Assembly (NCBI RefSeq): GCF_000150275.1 | Contig: NW_002060950.1 | Location: 2,840,106-2,904,105, forward strand | Source of the DNA: Trichoplax adhaerens | Taxonomy: Eukaryota; Animalia; Placozoa | Reading direction: 5' to 3' | Length of the DNA: 64,000 bases | In this document: one piece after another, positions 50,991-64,000 of the stretch | Position numbering within the stretch: the first letter of the stretch is position 1 | Layout: every line of letters starts with the position of its first letter | Made by a program: the position numbers and the translations under genes | The notes under the pieces: generated by a model | What the model was told of the DNA's origin: nothing | What the model saw: the letters and a program-made list of their open reading frames with translations, nothing else | Databases searched by the model: none

Positions 50991-53900
50991 TTTCTAGCTA
51001 GTTGTTATAAAATTGGGGAATACGAAAATTCTCAACTTCACTTAGTAAATTCTTAGTTTGCAACAAATGATGGATTTGCTGCAATTAGCTACCGGAGATG
51101 CGATTTAATGGCCAAAGGTTATGAATATGTCCCTTAAATAAGTTTCTTGAGGGGCTAATTGCGATTCTTTGGCTAATCATTACTAATTACATTAGAAATA
51201 AATTGAATTAAACATTAATATATCGTATTACCACATGCAGATATATTATTTACAGATGGTCTCTAAACGATGTAATAAGATCAGAAGTCCTATTGATCTT
51301 TTATTCCTTGTTCTGATAGTGCCATAAAATAACAAAAATAGCAGAGAGTACCTTTCAATGTATCGTAGACATATAGTCTTCTTTACAATATAGAGGATAA
51401 TAAGCTATCTGAAATCTTACCATGTATACTGTATATTCAAGTTGGCAAATAGGATCACAAATAATATAATTATAATTTGACAGCAGTAGCATAGATCATC
51501 TCTACCTCCTTAAATATTGGATATTACACATCATTTTTATTTAAGCTAGACAAACTAGATTAATAAATTAAGGATGAATCTTAACATGGGATTCCTAGTG
51601 AGAATATTACGTCAAAGTTGGCGTAAATCATAATGGCTCATTTTAGTAAACTCTATTAAGCGAGGTATAGATGCTACTATAGCTAGAATATTAACTATAA
51701 TTAATATTTTAAAGCATATTTGTCAGAGGAGAAAATGTGCTGCTAATTATGTTAAATTACTTGTACAAGATATTTAAGCCAGATACCGCATAAAAGAATC
51801 TTTATCAAATCAATTTTTTACAGATCTTCCATGTCTGATCGTTTAAGACAGTCGCGTCTGGCAAAAATTGCATTAACAAAGTTATGTTCCTGGTTGAAGG
51901 TGATGATTATTACACCATGTGAAGAATATCGTTAATTTAGTTAGATAAAAATAGATTCTTATTATAGCAATATACGCATCAGATGGCAACTACTAATAAG
52001 GTCCAACATATATTATTCTCAAAAATAGTTATCCCTTGAGTCTTGACTATAAGTCTATCGCAACATCCTGAACATACCTTGATATTGTTCATGTATGGCT
52101 ACGTGATATTTTAATTTATGCCAAAACTGAGCATATTGATCGTTTAAGCTGTTTCTTGGTAAACAATTCGAAAGCTATATATAGAGCTTCGTCATTCTCT
52201 AGATTACTTATGGACAGCAAATAAATTTACCTCCAGTGAAAAATAAAGGTTATGCTGATAATAGGAATGTTTGGATTGCAAGTTTGCGGATTAGTGCTTA
52301 CGTAGGCATTTCCCGAAAAATAAAATTTCTTATAATCGTCATAGGTGTAATTATTGATAGAAATATCTACTTATTAAAATTTGATTTAAGCTACAATGCT
52401 GGTATGCAAAATAAATTGATATTGGATATTTAATCATTGAGATAGGCTAATTATTCACTTTTTACTGGTAGAAGTGTACTTTATGTAGTATTTCATCTTC
52501 TTATTAATTAATTCTATGAATAACATTAAAAGGCTAGCTAAGGTAATGTAGTGCCTATGAATTGCAATAGAGAATAGAAATTATTTGAATTAGATTGAGA
52601 AATAACCATGGTATTGGTAGACATTGGTGATGATCTCAATAACGATAGTTACTGCACTGTACTACTTACTGTATTACATAATTAGCTGATACATACTGTA
52701 TATCAAGTGCCGCAATCTTTTGAGATATTTTAATCACCTCGAGACAAAAAATGGTCGATTTCGGCTCATGTTTAGTCAACGGTTATGAAACAGAATGATA
52801 ATACCCCTAAACGTAGATTTATGATGTTTATCAATTGTATTTGTGTCCAATAAACGTAATAATTGCGCTGATTAGAGAAATTTCTAAAATGTAGGAAATG
52901 GAAACAGTTTCGATTTGCAGATTAATATTTATTTTGGTATTTACTGAAAATTTTGAACATTCCCGATTGTTTAGGATAGGCATATGATCGCTTTCAAATA
53001 TAATCTACGCTTAATAAACAGAAATGAATGTAAAATACGCGTAAATCATAGCTGACCATTTGATTTGTTCCTCCTTTTCCAGCAAAAGGCGTTTTTAAGC
53101 AGCATTTCATTCTTGTATTAATACGGACGTTAAGGATTGCTGATATGAACTGGCTAGCTAAATAGAGACTTTAGGCTTTGGAATATATAGAGTACTGCAG
53201 CTTGAACTTAAGTGAGAAATAGCTATAGTACTGCTCAATAAAAAGTAATGGATGATCATTGAACAGTAATTAGTGCTTATAGGAGTCAAGACAGGAATTG
53301 AAGATATTATATACTATGGCGTTACTGCAGCTATTTTATGCATTCCATGACTATTTTGAAACGATTAGACTACATTTGCCCATGATAAATTTAGATCAAA
53401 TCAGTATTACATTTAAGGATCAGTGATTTATTTTAGACCTAGATGGCTTCTCATTTAATCCAGATCACTAAATTACCAAGTATGATTATAAAAATAAACC
53501 GTAACTTTCTTATTTCAATATTTATTTCGGCTCTAATGGTATGTTTTATGGGCTCCATCTCATGATTTTCGTTACTACAACATTTGTCACACACCGATAC
53601 TTACCAATTGCATCAAACCATTTAATTTCGTTTGCAGTTACCTGTAGCTGAGCAGTGGGAATTGAATTTTAAAATGAAATTAGATGACTGTTCGAATAAA
53701 CTAAATTTATTATACTGCATCCTGTCAAGCAGGTCGTCCACTGTATTGCACAATCATCTTATCTCCATAATTAATCGTACCTTCTAAAATAAAACTGCTC
53801 CAGAATAAGTATTATAAAAGTTTTCTAGCATTACTACTATACGCGTATATGAAGTTTGCATACTGGCAAAAGGTATGCTGCGGTGCAATAGCCTACATAA

Positions 53901-54183
53901 TATAGTGCTTCATTTTACACTACTATAACATGCTTTTATCACACCCAACTACTGTAGTTGTGTCCCAGCCATATGATAATTATTAACTGTTGAATAGAAA
54001 GTAACTATTTATTGTATGCAGTAGTTTTAATGTCTGATATTAACAAACGAGCTGTCAATGAATTTTAGTTACACAATCAACTATAAACATGACCAACGCC
54101 AACGTTGTTGAAGCCTCGAAATGTTATATTCTAGTAATTATGAAATAATAATCGCAATAATTTTATTATATGAATAATGTAAT

Positions 54184-54263
54184 ACAATCATTATAATAAA
54201 CTGACAATCATTATAAAAGATTGACAATCATTATAAAGAGATTGACAATCATTATGAACGATT
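54184..54263. repeat. About 20-bp tandem repeat x4 downstream of the Tudor gene stop codon
   Basis: (TG)ACAATCATTAT.. occurs four times. Confidence 0.85.
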
Positions 54264-54380
54264 GTATTACAATATGCATCAGAGAACCTGTGTATGAAAA
54301 ATTAGAAAAAAACAATAATTTACAGTTATTATGCTATTAATATAAAAGGTATTATAATAATTAAGAATAAAGATTAACAT

Positions 54381-57300
54381 TTATTTCTTTACGTAAGAAC
54401 TATAATGCCTTAAGGCAGCTAGACTGTCTTGTAATGGATTTAAGTCACCATCTGTGTCTTTGGTATCATTAATTCGCTTTGCATATCCTCGCATTATCAA
54501 CGTGTTTTCGATTTTGATAAGCGATGATTCTTTGGTGACTTGTAACTGAACATCATACGTACCGTCGTTAGATATCGAAATAAATCTGGCTTTTAAGTTT
54601 CCTAAAGTAACTAAATTCCGAAAGGAGGAGATTGATTCCGTATTCCATTCGCCGTCTTGCAGCGTTCCTATACATTTATGAAGGCTACATTGCATGGCTA
54701 ACGGAGGTACAGGATCGGATTCATTATAATTTGCTCCAATATCTGCAAGACTAATACAATCAGTGGTACCATAGTCAATATTGAGCACAGCTGCTTGCTT
54801 ATTTGGAAGAAGTCTCATGATAAGACCACGATACCACCCACTACTTTGGGTGCCAATAAAGTATATCTTTCCAACAGAAATACCTTTGTGCCCAACTGTT
54901 TGCATAGCCACCTTCATGTTTTCTAGATAATGTTTATTCATTTGTCCAGTTTCATCACAACAATGCAACCAAAATAATCCTGGATTGATAATATTAGTAA
55001 CTTCCACTTTAATTAGATTCTCAGAAGATAGTAGATTAGCTTGATTTATAGGTAATAATGATTCTTTTATCATTCTGTGGAAGCTATGGATCTTACAAAG
55101 AAATCTATGAGAATCCCAGTTTAACTTACACAGATTTTTCTCAACTAATATTCGATTAATATTAGTTAAGCCATTCTCATTATTAACAAATAAATCAATA
55201 TGATAGTTGTATTCATCTCGTAAAATTATTTTTGCTTTTAATAAGACGTTTACATTTAAAACTAATCCTTTAAACCAATCAACTATATCAGGGACCCAGC
55301 TTTCACAATTATCTGGATTGGTAATTCCATATAACGTGCAAGGATAGATGGAAGCATAGGATTGTGCAACTGATTTGAACAAGGGTTTAATTTCGTTCAA
55401 ATCAATAGTTTGCACAATCCCTTCATCAACACAGTGTATTTCAGCATTCTCGTTACCAATAGTATCAATTATTACGCGACGCCAATGTTCGGCAAAAAAT
55501 GCACTATAAGCTTTGCCACATGATAGCTCATTGATATTAACAGACCTGACGTTCTTGCTGTATCTTTTGTCCATAAGATCTCTTATGTCACTATATTGTT
55601 GTATTTCACGATCAGGTTCCAACGATTTGACTAGAAAATAGTTTGGGTTTACAACATCGGTAATAGCTATGTCTATTGTTGCACTGACTACTAGTTCCTC
55701 ATAACTTAATGAATCAATACATTCGTTATCGGTATCTGTACTTGCCTCTTCGAGATTATTGTTACGATTACTTAATATAGGTACATTGGTAGATGCAGTA
55801 TTTTGACCTCGAGTTGAGATATTATGGTCCTCCGTTTCTATAATATTTTTGTCCATTGATGGAACAGTTTCTTTCAAGTTAGGGTGTCCAGATGCTGCTG
55901 ATAGTGAGCTCTGGGTATTGCTCAACTGTTCACTTGTTGAGCGAATAGATTGTAATTGATTATCCGTAATATCCAATTGTAGCATTGTAAACTCTTTTAC
56001 TTTGTCTTTAGCCATTAATATGTTGCGAAGAAATTCCGAATTTTCAACGTTGAGAAAGGCATAACGACTTCTACTCACTTGCTCATTTAAACTTTCTTGT
56101 AAATTATCAGGTAAAAAGATAATAACTTCAATTTGATTGCTAAATTTTTCATCAATAACAACGGCATATAAATGCGAGGCTGTATCGAGAAGTGCAGCAA
56201 GATGTCTTTTGCCTTCGATTCTTGCACTACCATCTAATGTATCTGTTCCGTAAAGCTTAAATGGATAAGGACCAGATTGTGTGTAATGTAAATATTCAGG
56301 CAGTTTATAGAGAGAATTTAGGTTTACATTCTGGATACTACCACCAGAATCTATGAAAGCTACAGTAGTGACAGTATCCAACGCTAGCACACGTACTCTA
56401 TGCAGTTTGTTTGTAACCACGCCATATATTCGACCTACTTTAACTTCGTTACTATTTATTTTTACCCAACATTTCGATGGGTATATAGAACCGACAATAT
56501 CACCCAGCTTGAAAGCCTCAGAACTAATTTTTCCCCAAAAGGAACATCCGTCATTACACCAGGTAGCAGCTAGTGGAAGTACCATGCTATCTTTATTCGA
56601 GCTATTAATTGTGGGATAATTAAAGTCGTTATATGATAGATTGTCGTGAACATGAGGATCAACACTTTTATTGTTATTTCCAGTTGTAGCTCTGGATAAG
56701 GCAATTTTCTTTTTGGGAGAATGCCTTGCTTTATTACTAGGCGCTTCATCATTCGAAAACAACGAATTGTTAGTATCTGACGTTTGGTGTGCATCGACAG
56801 TGCTTCTTTCCATACTTCGGTGTTTACTGGATGTTTTACGGTGATCGATCTTTCGTACATCAGATGTTGAAGATTCGTAGCTACTAGAATCTGGATATCC
56901 ATCGTTGATACTAGATGAACGCAAGCTTCTTGTTATACTATCAGTAATATCTTCAGAGGTCAATTTGCCGTCAATTTGACTATCAACTTGCTTTGCATCC
57001 TTATTTAAAGGAGTATTATTTAAGTCACGCCTTGCATCGATAGATTTGCCTGCAATATAAATTTATAAGATAGCAAGATTTAGCATAAGAATTGCCGAAT
57101 GCAGTTCAAGTATCACAATTTAAATCACAACTTACTAGATGCATTAATTAACACAGACGATCGCCAAGAGGTATTGTTTCTGGTATTTGTGTCACTTTCC
57201 ATTTCATCTACTTGTACATTATTTGTAAAATTTTTTGCAGAACTGTTAGATAGGCTCATTTCTGAAGCAAATCTGCTTAAAAATTTCTCAAATACACGAT

Positions 57301-60300
57301 GTAATTTTTCCAAGCGTTTATTTTTTTCTGTTTCAGATCTCGTTGACCATGAACAACTTGTAAATAGAACGTTTGATGGCATTAAATTAGCAGCATGATA
57401 GCTGGCGAGACCATCAATTTCGCTTGAAAATTTGATAAATCTAAGAAAATTGTACACGAAAAAATTTAGAATAGCTTAGAACTTGTCTTACGTATTATGT
57501 TTTATGTCGAAATGAATGAAGTTGGGCATTACAAAGTTATCTTTCCATCATCCTGCTGATCTTTCTGTTCTGACCATTCGTTGATTACAAGGCCAACTTT
57601 ATCAATAGCGACCAATAACACTTGCTATGATGTCCAAATATCATGAGAATAGTGATGTAAATTAAGTGAGATTAATTCAAGCTTACATCACAATGACAAG
57701 TGATAATAATCTCATTCAATTTATAGTCACTATAGACATTTCATAACGGATATCGTCACATAATGATAACTACCTTAGAAATTATGGTATTAGAGTAACA
57801 AAATTGAATTTCACAGTCGTTCTTGACAGAAGCTTGACCAAATTTTCTGTGAGCTAATACTCTACGTCTTAAACATTCAAAGGATATATTGCCAAAAATT
57901 AAAACACTGATAATTCAACAATTCGAGTATAAATGATAACCATATTTCTATCATGATCATTATAATATAATTATCGGCATTTACATTTTCTTTAAATTTT
58001 TTTGGAAATCTGTCGTTGTCATCAGTATTTTGTAAGGATGATTGAAAGCAAGTTTAAAATCAATCATCCACTCCTTTAGGGCGTCCTTTTGAGATTGTGG
58101 GCTAATCAAGTCTAAAGTAACGTCTAGTTTTTGACCTTCAAGCTTGTAACGATTCATCGCAGCTATAGCTGCAAAGGTAGATTCATCTGATACATATACA
58201 AGTGTCCTAGTTGAACAAAAATAACTCTCTTAGTTGTCCTGTATAGTACGGCAGATTGCATTAACAAAATCATTATTGTTTCTGATAACAAAATTTTCAC
58301 AAACATGTGCCAGTTGCCCTTTCGAGAGTATTCACGACCACCAAGAATTTTAATTTTTCCAAAATTTTCAAATATTTCTTTAATTCTTTCCTAATTAAGT
58401 TATTTGATATGAATAATAACATTAGGGATGTTATACGTATGAAGCATTACAAATCTTGGCAATTCATCCATATACAGGCTTAATGAAGTACTGCCAATTA
58501 CATATTCTACCTGATCCACGGAACGTGGTATTCTTGAAATGCAGATTACTCTGGTATTGGTAGAGGCTTTCAGGTCTTTATCTAGCGTTTGAGATTTCCT
58601 ACGTAATAACGACATAGATATATATACACGATCATTACTGAATTTTCACGCCGAGAGTATAATGTAGATTATAGGTAAAGCACGGAACAATCTTTCCATT
58701 GCTAGCTGTAATTTTGTAGTACAACTTTATTATAATTGATGGTAAATATTGATATACTTTTTTAAAATGGTAAATAATTCCTGAAAGACATTTTTGTTTT
58801 TTTCCGATATTTCATTTCGTAGTTGATATTCAGCAAATGCTTTCTTCAGATACAAAGTTCTTTTCCTTTTATCAATAAATTGTACATCTATCGTTTTATC
58901 GTTAATTTTATGATTGGATAATATTTGAGTAATTTTGAATGCTTCTTCTTCGGATTCAAAAGTAATCAATCTGAAATAGGCAACAACCAGTTATATTATG
59001 AACGACTGTAATACAGATTTAAATTAATCTTTAAATTTAAAACAAAACTATCGCTATGCCACTAACAAACTAGGTAGCTACATGCACGATGATATAAATA
59101 TAAACGATAATCAGTTATAGAAAATACCAAATTATAGCTTCTAAGTGATACATACCCGATTCTTCCAAAAGATGGATATTTAGCTGATTCAAATTTAGTA
59201 TCAAACTTTGTAGTAGTTATTTTTTCCAATTGATCAGAGAATTGTTTCTGTTACGATAGGATGAGAAGGTAGAGTTGCCAAATACAATTAAATGTCAAGA
59301 TGCCTTAATTTCAATCATTTTGGCTATAGAATTTTATCCATCAAACCTTAAAATGATACTTACTTTGGTAATTTCGTTAGGAAGATAGCGTATTCTTATC
59401 GTTACTTTGCATAAGTTGTATTCTTTGAATGCTGTAGAACTATCTGAATCATGATTTGAAGTAGTGTCAACGGAATAAATACTTTTTTCTGTATCAGTAT
59501 CCGTCATTTCTGAGTTCATATCCGTTCCTGTATGGTCTGGATTGAAAGCTCTTTCTATTTGCAGCATGAATTTTTCTGCAGTATCTTGTGTATTAGCGAA
59601 GGTACTCAGTTTATACATTGTTTCCAGTATGGACATGTCATGAATTTGAGCATTGGAAATGGAAAACTTTGTAGACATCTCGTCATCTATTACCATTTCA
59701 CTGATTTTATCCAAGGCACGTTTGCACCGAAAAGCGTCATCTCTCAGCTTGAAAGATACACGACTAACGAAAGAGTAAGAATAATATCATTAATAGCGAA
59801 TTCTTTCACAGTATTGATCAGACATTGGACTTGTGTGCATTAGGATAATAAAGGGCAAGTCATTGCATATCTCTTTCACTACGGCCACGACTACTCCTAA
59901 ATTAGCCCAATGCCAGCTTAGTGTTTATGCTGTAGATGTTATAGCAGGAGCTATACTATCAGACTACAATTAAAGCTATTTTTACCCAAAGAAGACGTGT
60001 GTCTACGACAATAGTTATTGCAGTAAAATGATGGCATAAACCGTTACTACAGAAAAGAACTTGTGATTGCATGTAAATAAGGACAATGCTGTAGACTCGG
60101 TCTTACAAATAGACATTAAATAATTTTGGTAAAGTGATTGGAAGGCAAAGCGTGCCGCCGCCTATTACTATTCAGCGATCATTACTTTAAATCATGTCGT
60201 CATGGATGACAGCTAAATAAGGCATTTATTTGGCAGTAAGAAGAATACCAGCAGTATGCATAACACTTACACAGTTGGTGTTCGCGAGTAATTGATAATA

Positions 60301-60568
60301 GGGCCATCCACGATAAGGCCAAATTGAGGTAAAAATTCAGTCAAGCTATTCTGAAATATAAAACAACATAAATTAAAATTCTTGATTGTTGAGGTGGCTA
60401 ACCAAGCAAGTGATTGATAACTTGTTCATAATATCAAGTAAGTAATTAATCAACGAATTGTACAACTTGGCAATATGTAGGTCCATTTACCATAAAGTGA
60501 TGGCTTGGCATTTTTTCAAATTGGATAGTAATTTCGACAGGGTTCTGTTGTATTTGCCCAGCAAACAT
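54381..60568 (-). CDS. Multi-RRM (3-4 degenerate) plus three extended Tudor domain protein (TDRD-like), about 12 exons
   Basis: ATG at 60568. Exons 60568-60491, 60350-60271 and 59763-59364 give ..FLPQFGLIVDGP..VRVSFKLRDDAFRCKRALD (RRM-like). The second RRM is IRIRYLPNEITK..IGLITFESEEEAFKITQILSNHKINDKTIDV. The third is VICISRIPRSVDQERIKEIFENFGKI..AIAAMNRYKLEGQKLDV. The last exon (~57050-54381) has three eTudor units: LHRVRV..FIDSG, ITDVVNPNYF..WRRV..CVDEG and VTNIINPGLFWL..WYRG..IDYG..PPLAMQCSL. Confidence 0.82.
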
Positions 60569-60834
60569 AGTAGCAAAATTGGCTCTATTCGTCATTCGGC
60601 AGAATGTAGTCAATTATACACATAGAAAGTTATTGGGATCGAATCGCTACCAATATAATCGATATTCACAATATCTATCATACTAGGCTGACTTAAAATG
60701 GCATAAATATGTTAATATCGTGAATAAACTGGCTGCAATACGAAATCCTTTTGCCTAGATGAAGATGATCATGTTGCTGTAGGAATGAGCGTAACAATTA
60801 CAACATTCATTTATACTGTGCATGGTACAGTCAT

Positions 60835-60870
60835 GGATTACTAAATACTCGTGGGAGTATTTAGTAGTCC
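60835..60870. repeat. Short inverted repeat (16-bp stem, 4-nt loop)
   Basis: GGATTACTAAATACTC-GTGG-GAGTATTTAGTAGTCC with one T:G pair. Confidence 0.8.
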
Positions 60871-60999
60871 TCAACTATATCTGTCTACTTAATCTAAATA
60901 TGGCTATTGATGTATGATCTACAATTGAATGCAGCAATAAAATCAGATTTATATTTCTGAATTCAAAGGGATATCATGTGGGTCCAATGTTGATATTTA

Positions 61000-62160
61000 A
61001 GAGTGTATTTTGAAGTGTAAACGAATAAATCCACACTTATCATCGAATTGGTGATCCATAACGTTCATTCTGATCATCATCGCTTACCTTGGTTTGGACA
61101 TGTTTGATTTGACGAAGAGATTCCGTTAGTCCAATCTCTTTCAATCAATTTAAGCAGGTAAATGGCCAAGGTGTCTACTTGCTAAAACAATAACCTACAC
61201 GTAGAATGCAAATTCAGCAGTCAATCAGTAATAATTCGATATCATCATGGTGAGATCAATCAATCGATAGACTATTGCGTTAACAGAAGTTGATCTATCA
61301 AGAGTATTGTATGACTGCATGGCGTTTTTAATGCAACAATATCCTGATAAAGATGTTCAAGGGACCAAGGGGAAGTTCTTTTTTGAATGGCTTTTCACAA
61401 AATTGAAATTGTTTGGATGACTTAAGATATTTTTTGTTCAAGGTAAACTGTTTGTACGAATCGCGGATGACAAACGATGAAAACTACAACGTTAATGGAT
61501 TCAGTATTTGAATCGATAATTCTCAAGCGTCAATTCTTTTTACAAATTGCTTTCTTCATTATCAACCTTTGGTGCAATGATATTTTTTATAGCCAACAAC
61601 AAGGTCAAATAAGATCCGATACAGTGATGGCCGACCGATCTATTTTCACCATGTCTAATCAAATTACACTTATGCTAACGTCTTCTACCTAATTTACAAT
61701 TTAAAAAGGATTGCATCGACAGGCATGGCGCCTGCCGTCTCTTACTACCTCTGTTGACGCTTGCTACTACTAAGTCTGTTGCTACTATATCGTCATGTTG
61801 TATGCCGTTGTAAATGATATTGGGTACATAAGAATTGGCAATGGATTGCAGAGGTGGATGTCCAATGAAGCCATCTCTGGACAAGACAACGTCAATGATG
61901 ATGGAATAACTACAAGGCTTACCATTGAATCAATGTTTACAAATCGTTCTTCTTCCCTGTATGCCAGTCTATAGCGTGATATCATCCAGGCAATAGTTAG
62001 TCTTTACAAGGTTAGATGAATCATTGTAGGCTAGGTTGTAGCATGCTGCCAATCATGAAAACAAACAACATGCAATTCAAGATGTTGGTGACATAAGAAC
62101 AAGAGGCAAAAAACGCTTCGTATGCCTAAAATGCCAAAATTTAAAAAATGAGCTATTCTA
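61000..62160 (+). pseudogene. Decayed coding-like sequence ending in a PHD-finger-like remnant; possibly a transposase relic
   Basis: Broken plus-strand frames, e.g. TIALTEVDLSRVLYDCMAFLMQQYPDKDVQGTKGKFFFEW. Near 62030-62140, LGCS and IQDVGDIRTRGKKRFVCLKCQ occur in different frames. Tandem repeats follow directly. Confidence 0.3.
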
Positions 62161-62203
62161 GTACCATGTTCAAATTAACACATGCCCCAAGGGCTGTACT
62201 GAA

Positions 62204-62470
62204 TCTAATTTGGATCGATTTGAAGCGATCGATTGCTCTACAAGCAGGCAATCGGCAATAGTAAAAGTAAGAAAGAAAATGAGTCCAGGGTTTTTCCTAG
62301 TCTAATTTGGATCAATTGGAAGCGATCGATTGCTCCACAAGCAGCCAATCGGCAATAGTAAAAGTAGAAAATGAGTCCAGGGTTTTTCCTAGTCTAATTT
62401 GGATCAATTGGAAGTGATCGATTGCTCAACAAGCAGCCAATCGGCAATAGTAAAAGTAAAATAGAAAATA
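62204..62470. repeat. Tandem repeat of 92-97 bp, about 3 copies, CCAAT-containing
   Basis: TCTAATTTGGATC..GATCGATTGCTC..CAAGCAG(G/C)CAATCGGCAATAGTAAAAGTA starts at 62204, 62301 and 62393. Confidence 0.93.
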
Positions 62471-62760
62471 AGTCAGATTGAATTTGCTACCGATAGTCAC
62501 ACAGAGATTAATTTCACGGTGTGAAGAAGAGTAGCAGTTTCATCATTCCCCAATAACTTGTCCAGTTGAAGAAGAACAGTGAAGATGCGAGCCACCAATT
62601 TAGCCAGGTAATGGCGGAGCGCAAAACGGAAGAGTTACAACACGCTAACACTAGTGACTGACTAATCGATTCATTTATGGCCGGCCGGACGGTAGGACAG
62701 CAGTCCACGATAGTAGTGGACTCTGCTGCCCAAGCGTATAGTGTACAGTATGGCGGTACC

Positions 62761-64000
62761 GACGCCATTCAGGTGTGAACAAGGCCAGTGCAAAATCTAT
62801 GTCATTTTACAATAACTTTTTACACAAGCAAGAGATGACAAATCATTTGGCAACCGTGAGTTGCCAAATGAAACAAATGGGTCTCTAATAACTCACCATA
62901 TTTTGGATATCGTGTACAAGAAACTTGAATGAATTTCCATAGCGATACAAGCAAGTTTCCAGGCATTTTCAACCTTCTATTTCTGTTTGGTCATCATGGC
63001 TTTGTCTAATTCTAGCCATACGGTATATGGCCCGTTTATTATAATACATCTTAGAAATGCTGACGGAGGCACTTTGTTGGCGTACAGACGCCAATCAGGT
63101 ATGAACAAGGACAGTGCATAATCCATGTCATATTACAAGGACTTATTAGACAAACAAGGGGTGACAAGCCATTTGACAAGCGTGAGTTGTCCAAGAAACA
63201 AATGGGTCTCTCTCTACATCTCACCATATTTTGGATATCGTGTACAAGAAACTTGAATGAATTTCCATGGCGATACAAGCAAGTTTCCAGGCATTTTCAA
63301 CTTTCTATTTCTGTTTGGTCATCATGACTTTGTCTAATTCTAGCCATACGGTATATGGCCGTTTATTATAATACATCTTAGAAATGCTGACCCAAGCACT
63401 TTGTTGGCGTACAGACGCCAACAAAGTGTGAACAAGGCCAGTGCATAATCCATGTCATGTTACAAGGACTTATTAGACAAACAAAGGGTGACAAACTATT
63501 TGAGAAGCGTGAGTTGTCCAAGAAACAAATGGGTCTTCAACTCACTGGATATCGTGTACAAGGGACTTGAATGGATTTCAATCGAGATACAAGCAAGTTT
63601 CCAGGCATTTTCAACTTTCTATTTCTATTTGGTCATCATGACTTTGTCTAATTCTAGCCATACGGTATATGGCCGTTTATTATAATACATCTTAGAAATG
63701 CTGACCCAAGCACTTTGTTGGCGTACAGACGCCAATCAAGTGTGAACAAGGCCAGTGCATAATCCATGTCATGTTACAAGGACTTATTAGACAAACAAGG
63801 GGTGACAAACTATTTGGCAAGCGTGAGTTGTCCAAGAAACAAATGGGTCTCGAACACCTCACCATATTTTGGATATCGTGTACAAGAAACTTGAATGAAT
63901 TTCAATCGAGACACAAGCAAGTTTTCATGCATTTTCGACCTTGTATTTCTGTTTGGTCATCATGACTTTGTCTAATCCTAACCATACAGTGCATGGCCGT
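62761..64000. repeat. Satellite-like tandem array, unit about 315-327 bp, about 4 copies, running off the window end
   Basis: TTAGAAATGCTGAC at 63051, 63378 and 63692. GACGCCA..TGAACAAGG.CAGTGCA starts near 62761, 63088, 63415 and 63728. Confidence 0.95.

Noticed and set aside
50554-50997. Plus-strand 147-aa ORF with invariant, collagen-looking SNGVPGPLDS repeats
   Set aside because: It is the antisense shadow of the secreted precursor. Its wobble positions coincide with those of the minus frame, so invariance is automatic. It has no signal peptide and no continuous Gly-X-Y.
54381-56963. 860-aa ORF as a complete single-exon gene
   Set aside because: The start is a TTG inside a longer exon whose acceptor is near 57050; the upstream RRM exons splice in frame.
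62514-63965. Short ORFs within and next to the terminal tandem array
   Set aside because: Frames are not preserved between repeat copies (indels and stops), so they are unlikely to be coding.
1-64000. tRNA, rRNA or snRNA genes
   Set aside because: None recognised by eye; a tRNAscan-SE/Infernal run would be needed to exclude them.

Overview
AT-rich, intron-containing animal genomic DNA. Short GT-AG introns, compact genes and the gene set suggest a placozoan such as Trichoplax or Hoilungia; this is inferred, not proven. Splicing by hand gives eight protein-coding genes: (1) a full-architecture Slit (+, 2216-14732), (2) the 28S rRNA m6A methyltransferase ZCCHC4 (-), (3) an intronless Torsin-family AAA+ protein with a degenerate Walker B (+), (4) Rhotekin (+), (5) an RII-type PKA regulatory subunit with no visible dimerisation/docking domain (+), (6-7) two neighbouring same-strand genes for secreted repeat proteins that look like peptide precursors, and (8) a multi-RRM plus triple-Tudor protein with degenerate aromatic cages (-). 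One precursor carries 7 x [TN]SF[DN]WDDAY[QE]-[GA]K; the other carries 11 x GPGTPLL, ten of them followed by ESR, plus a Gly-terminated tail. This two-gene secreted-peptide locus at 45.7-51.0 kb is the best candidate for an undescribed system. The window also holds two decayed insertion-like blocks, a small dispersed hairpin family, and tandem repeats that run off the right end. Comparisons with human proteins are from memory and need confirming by alignment.
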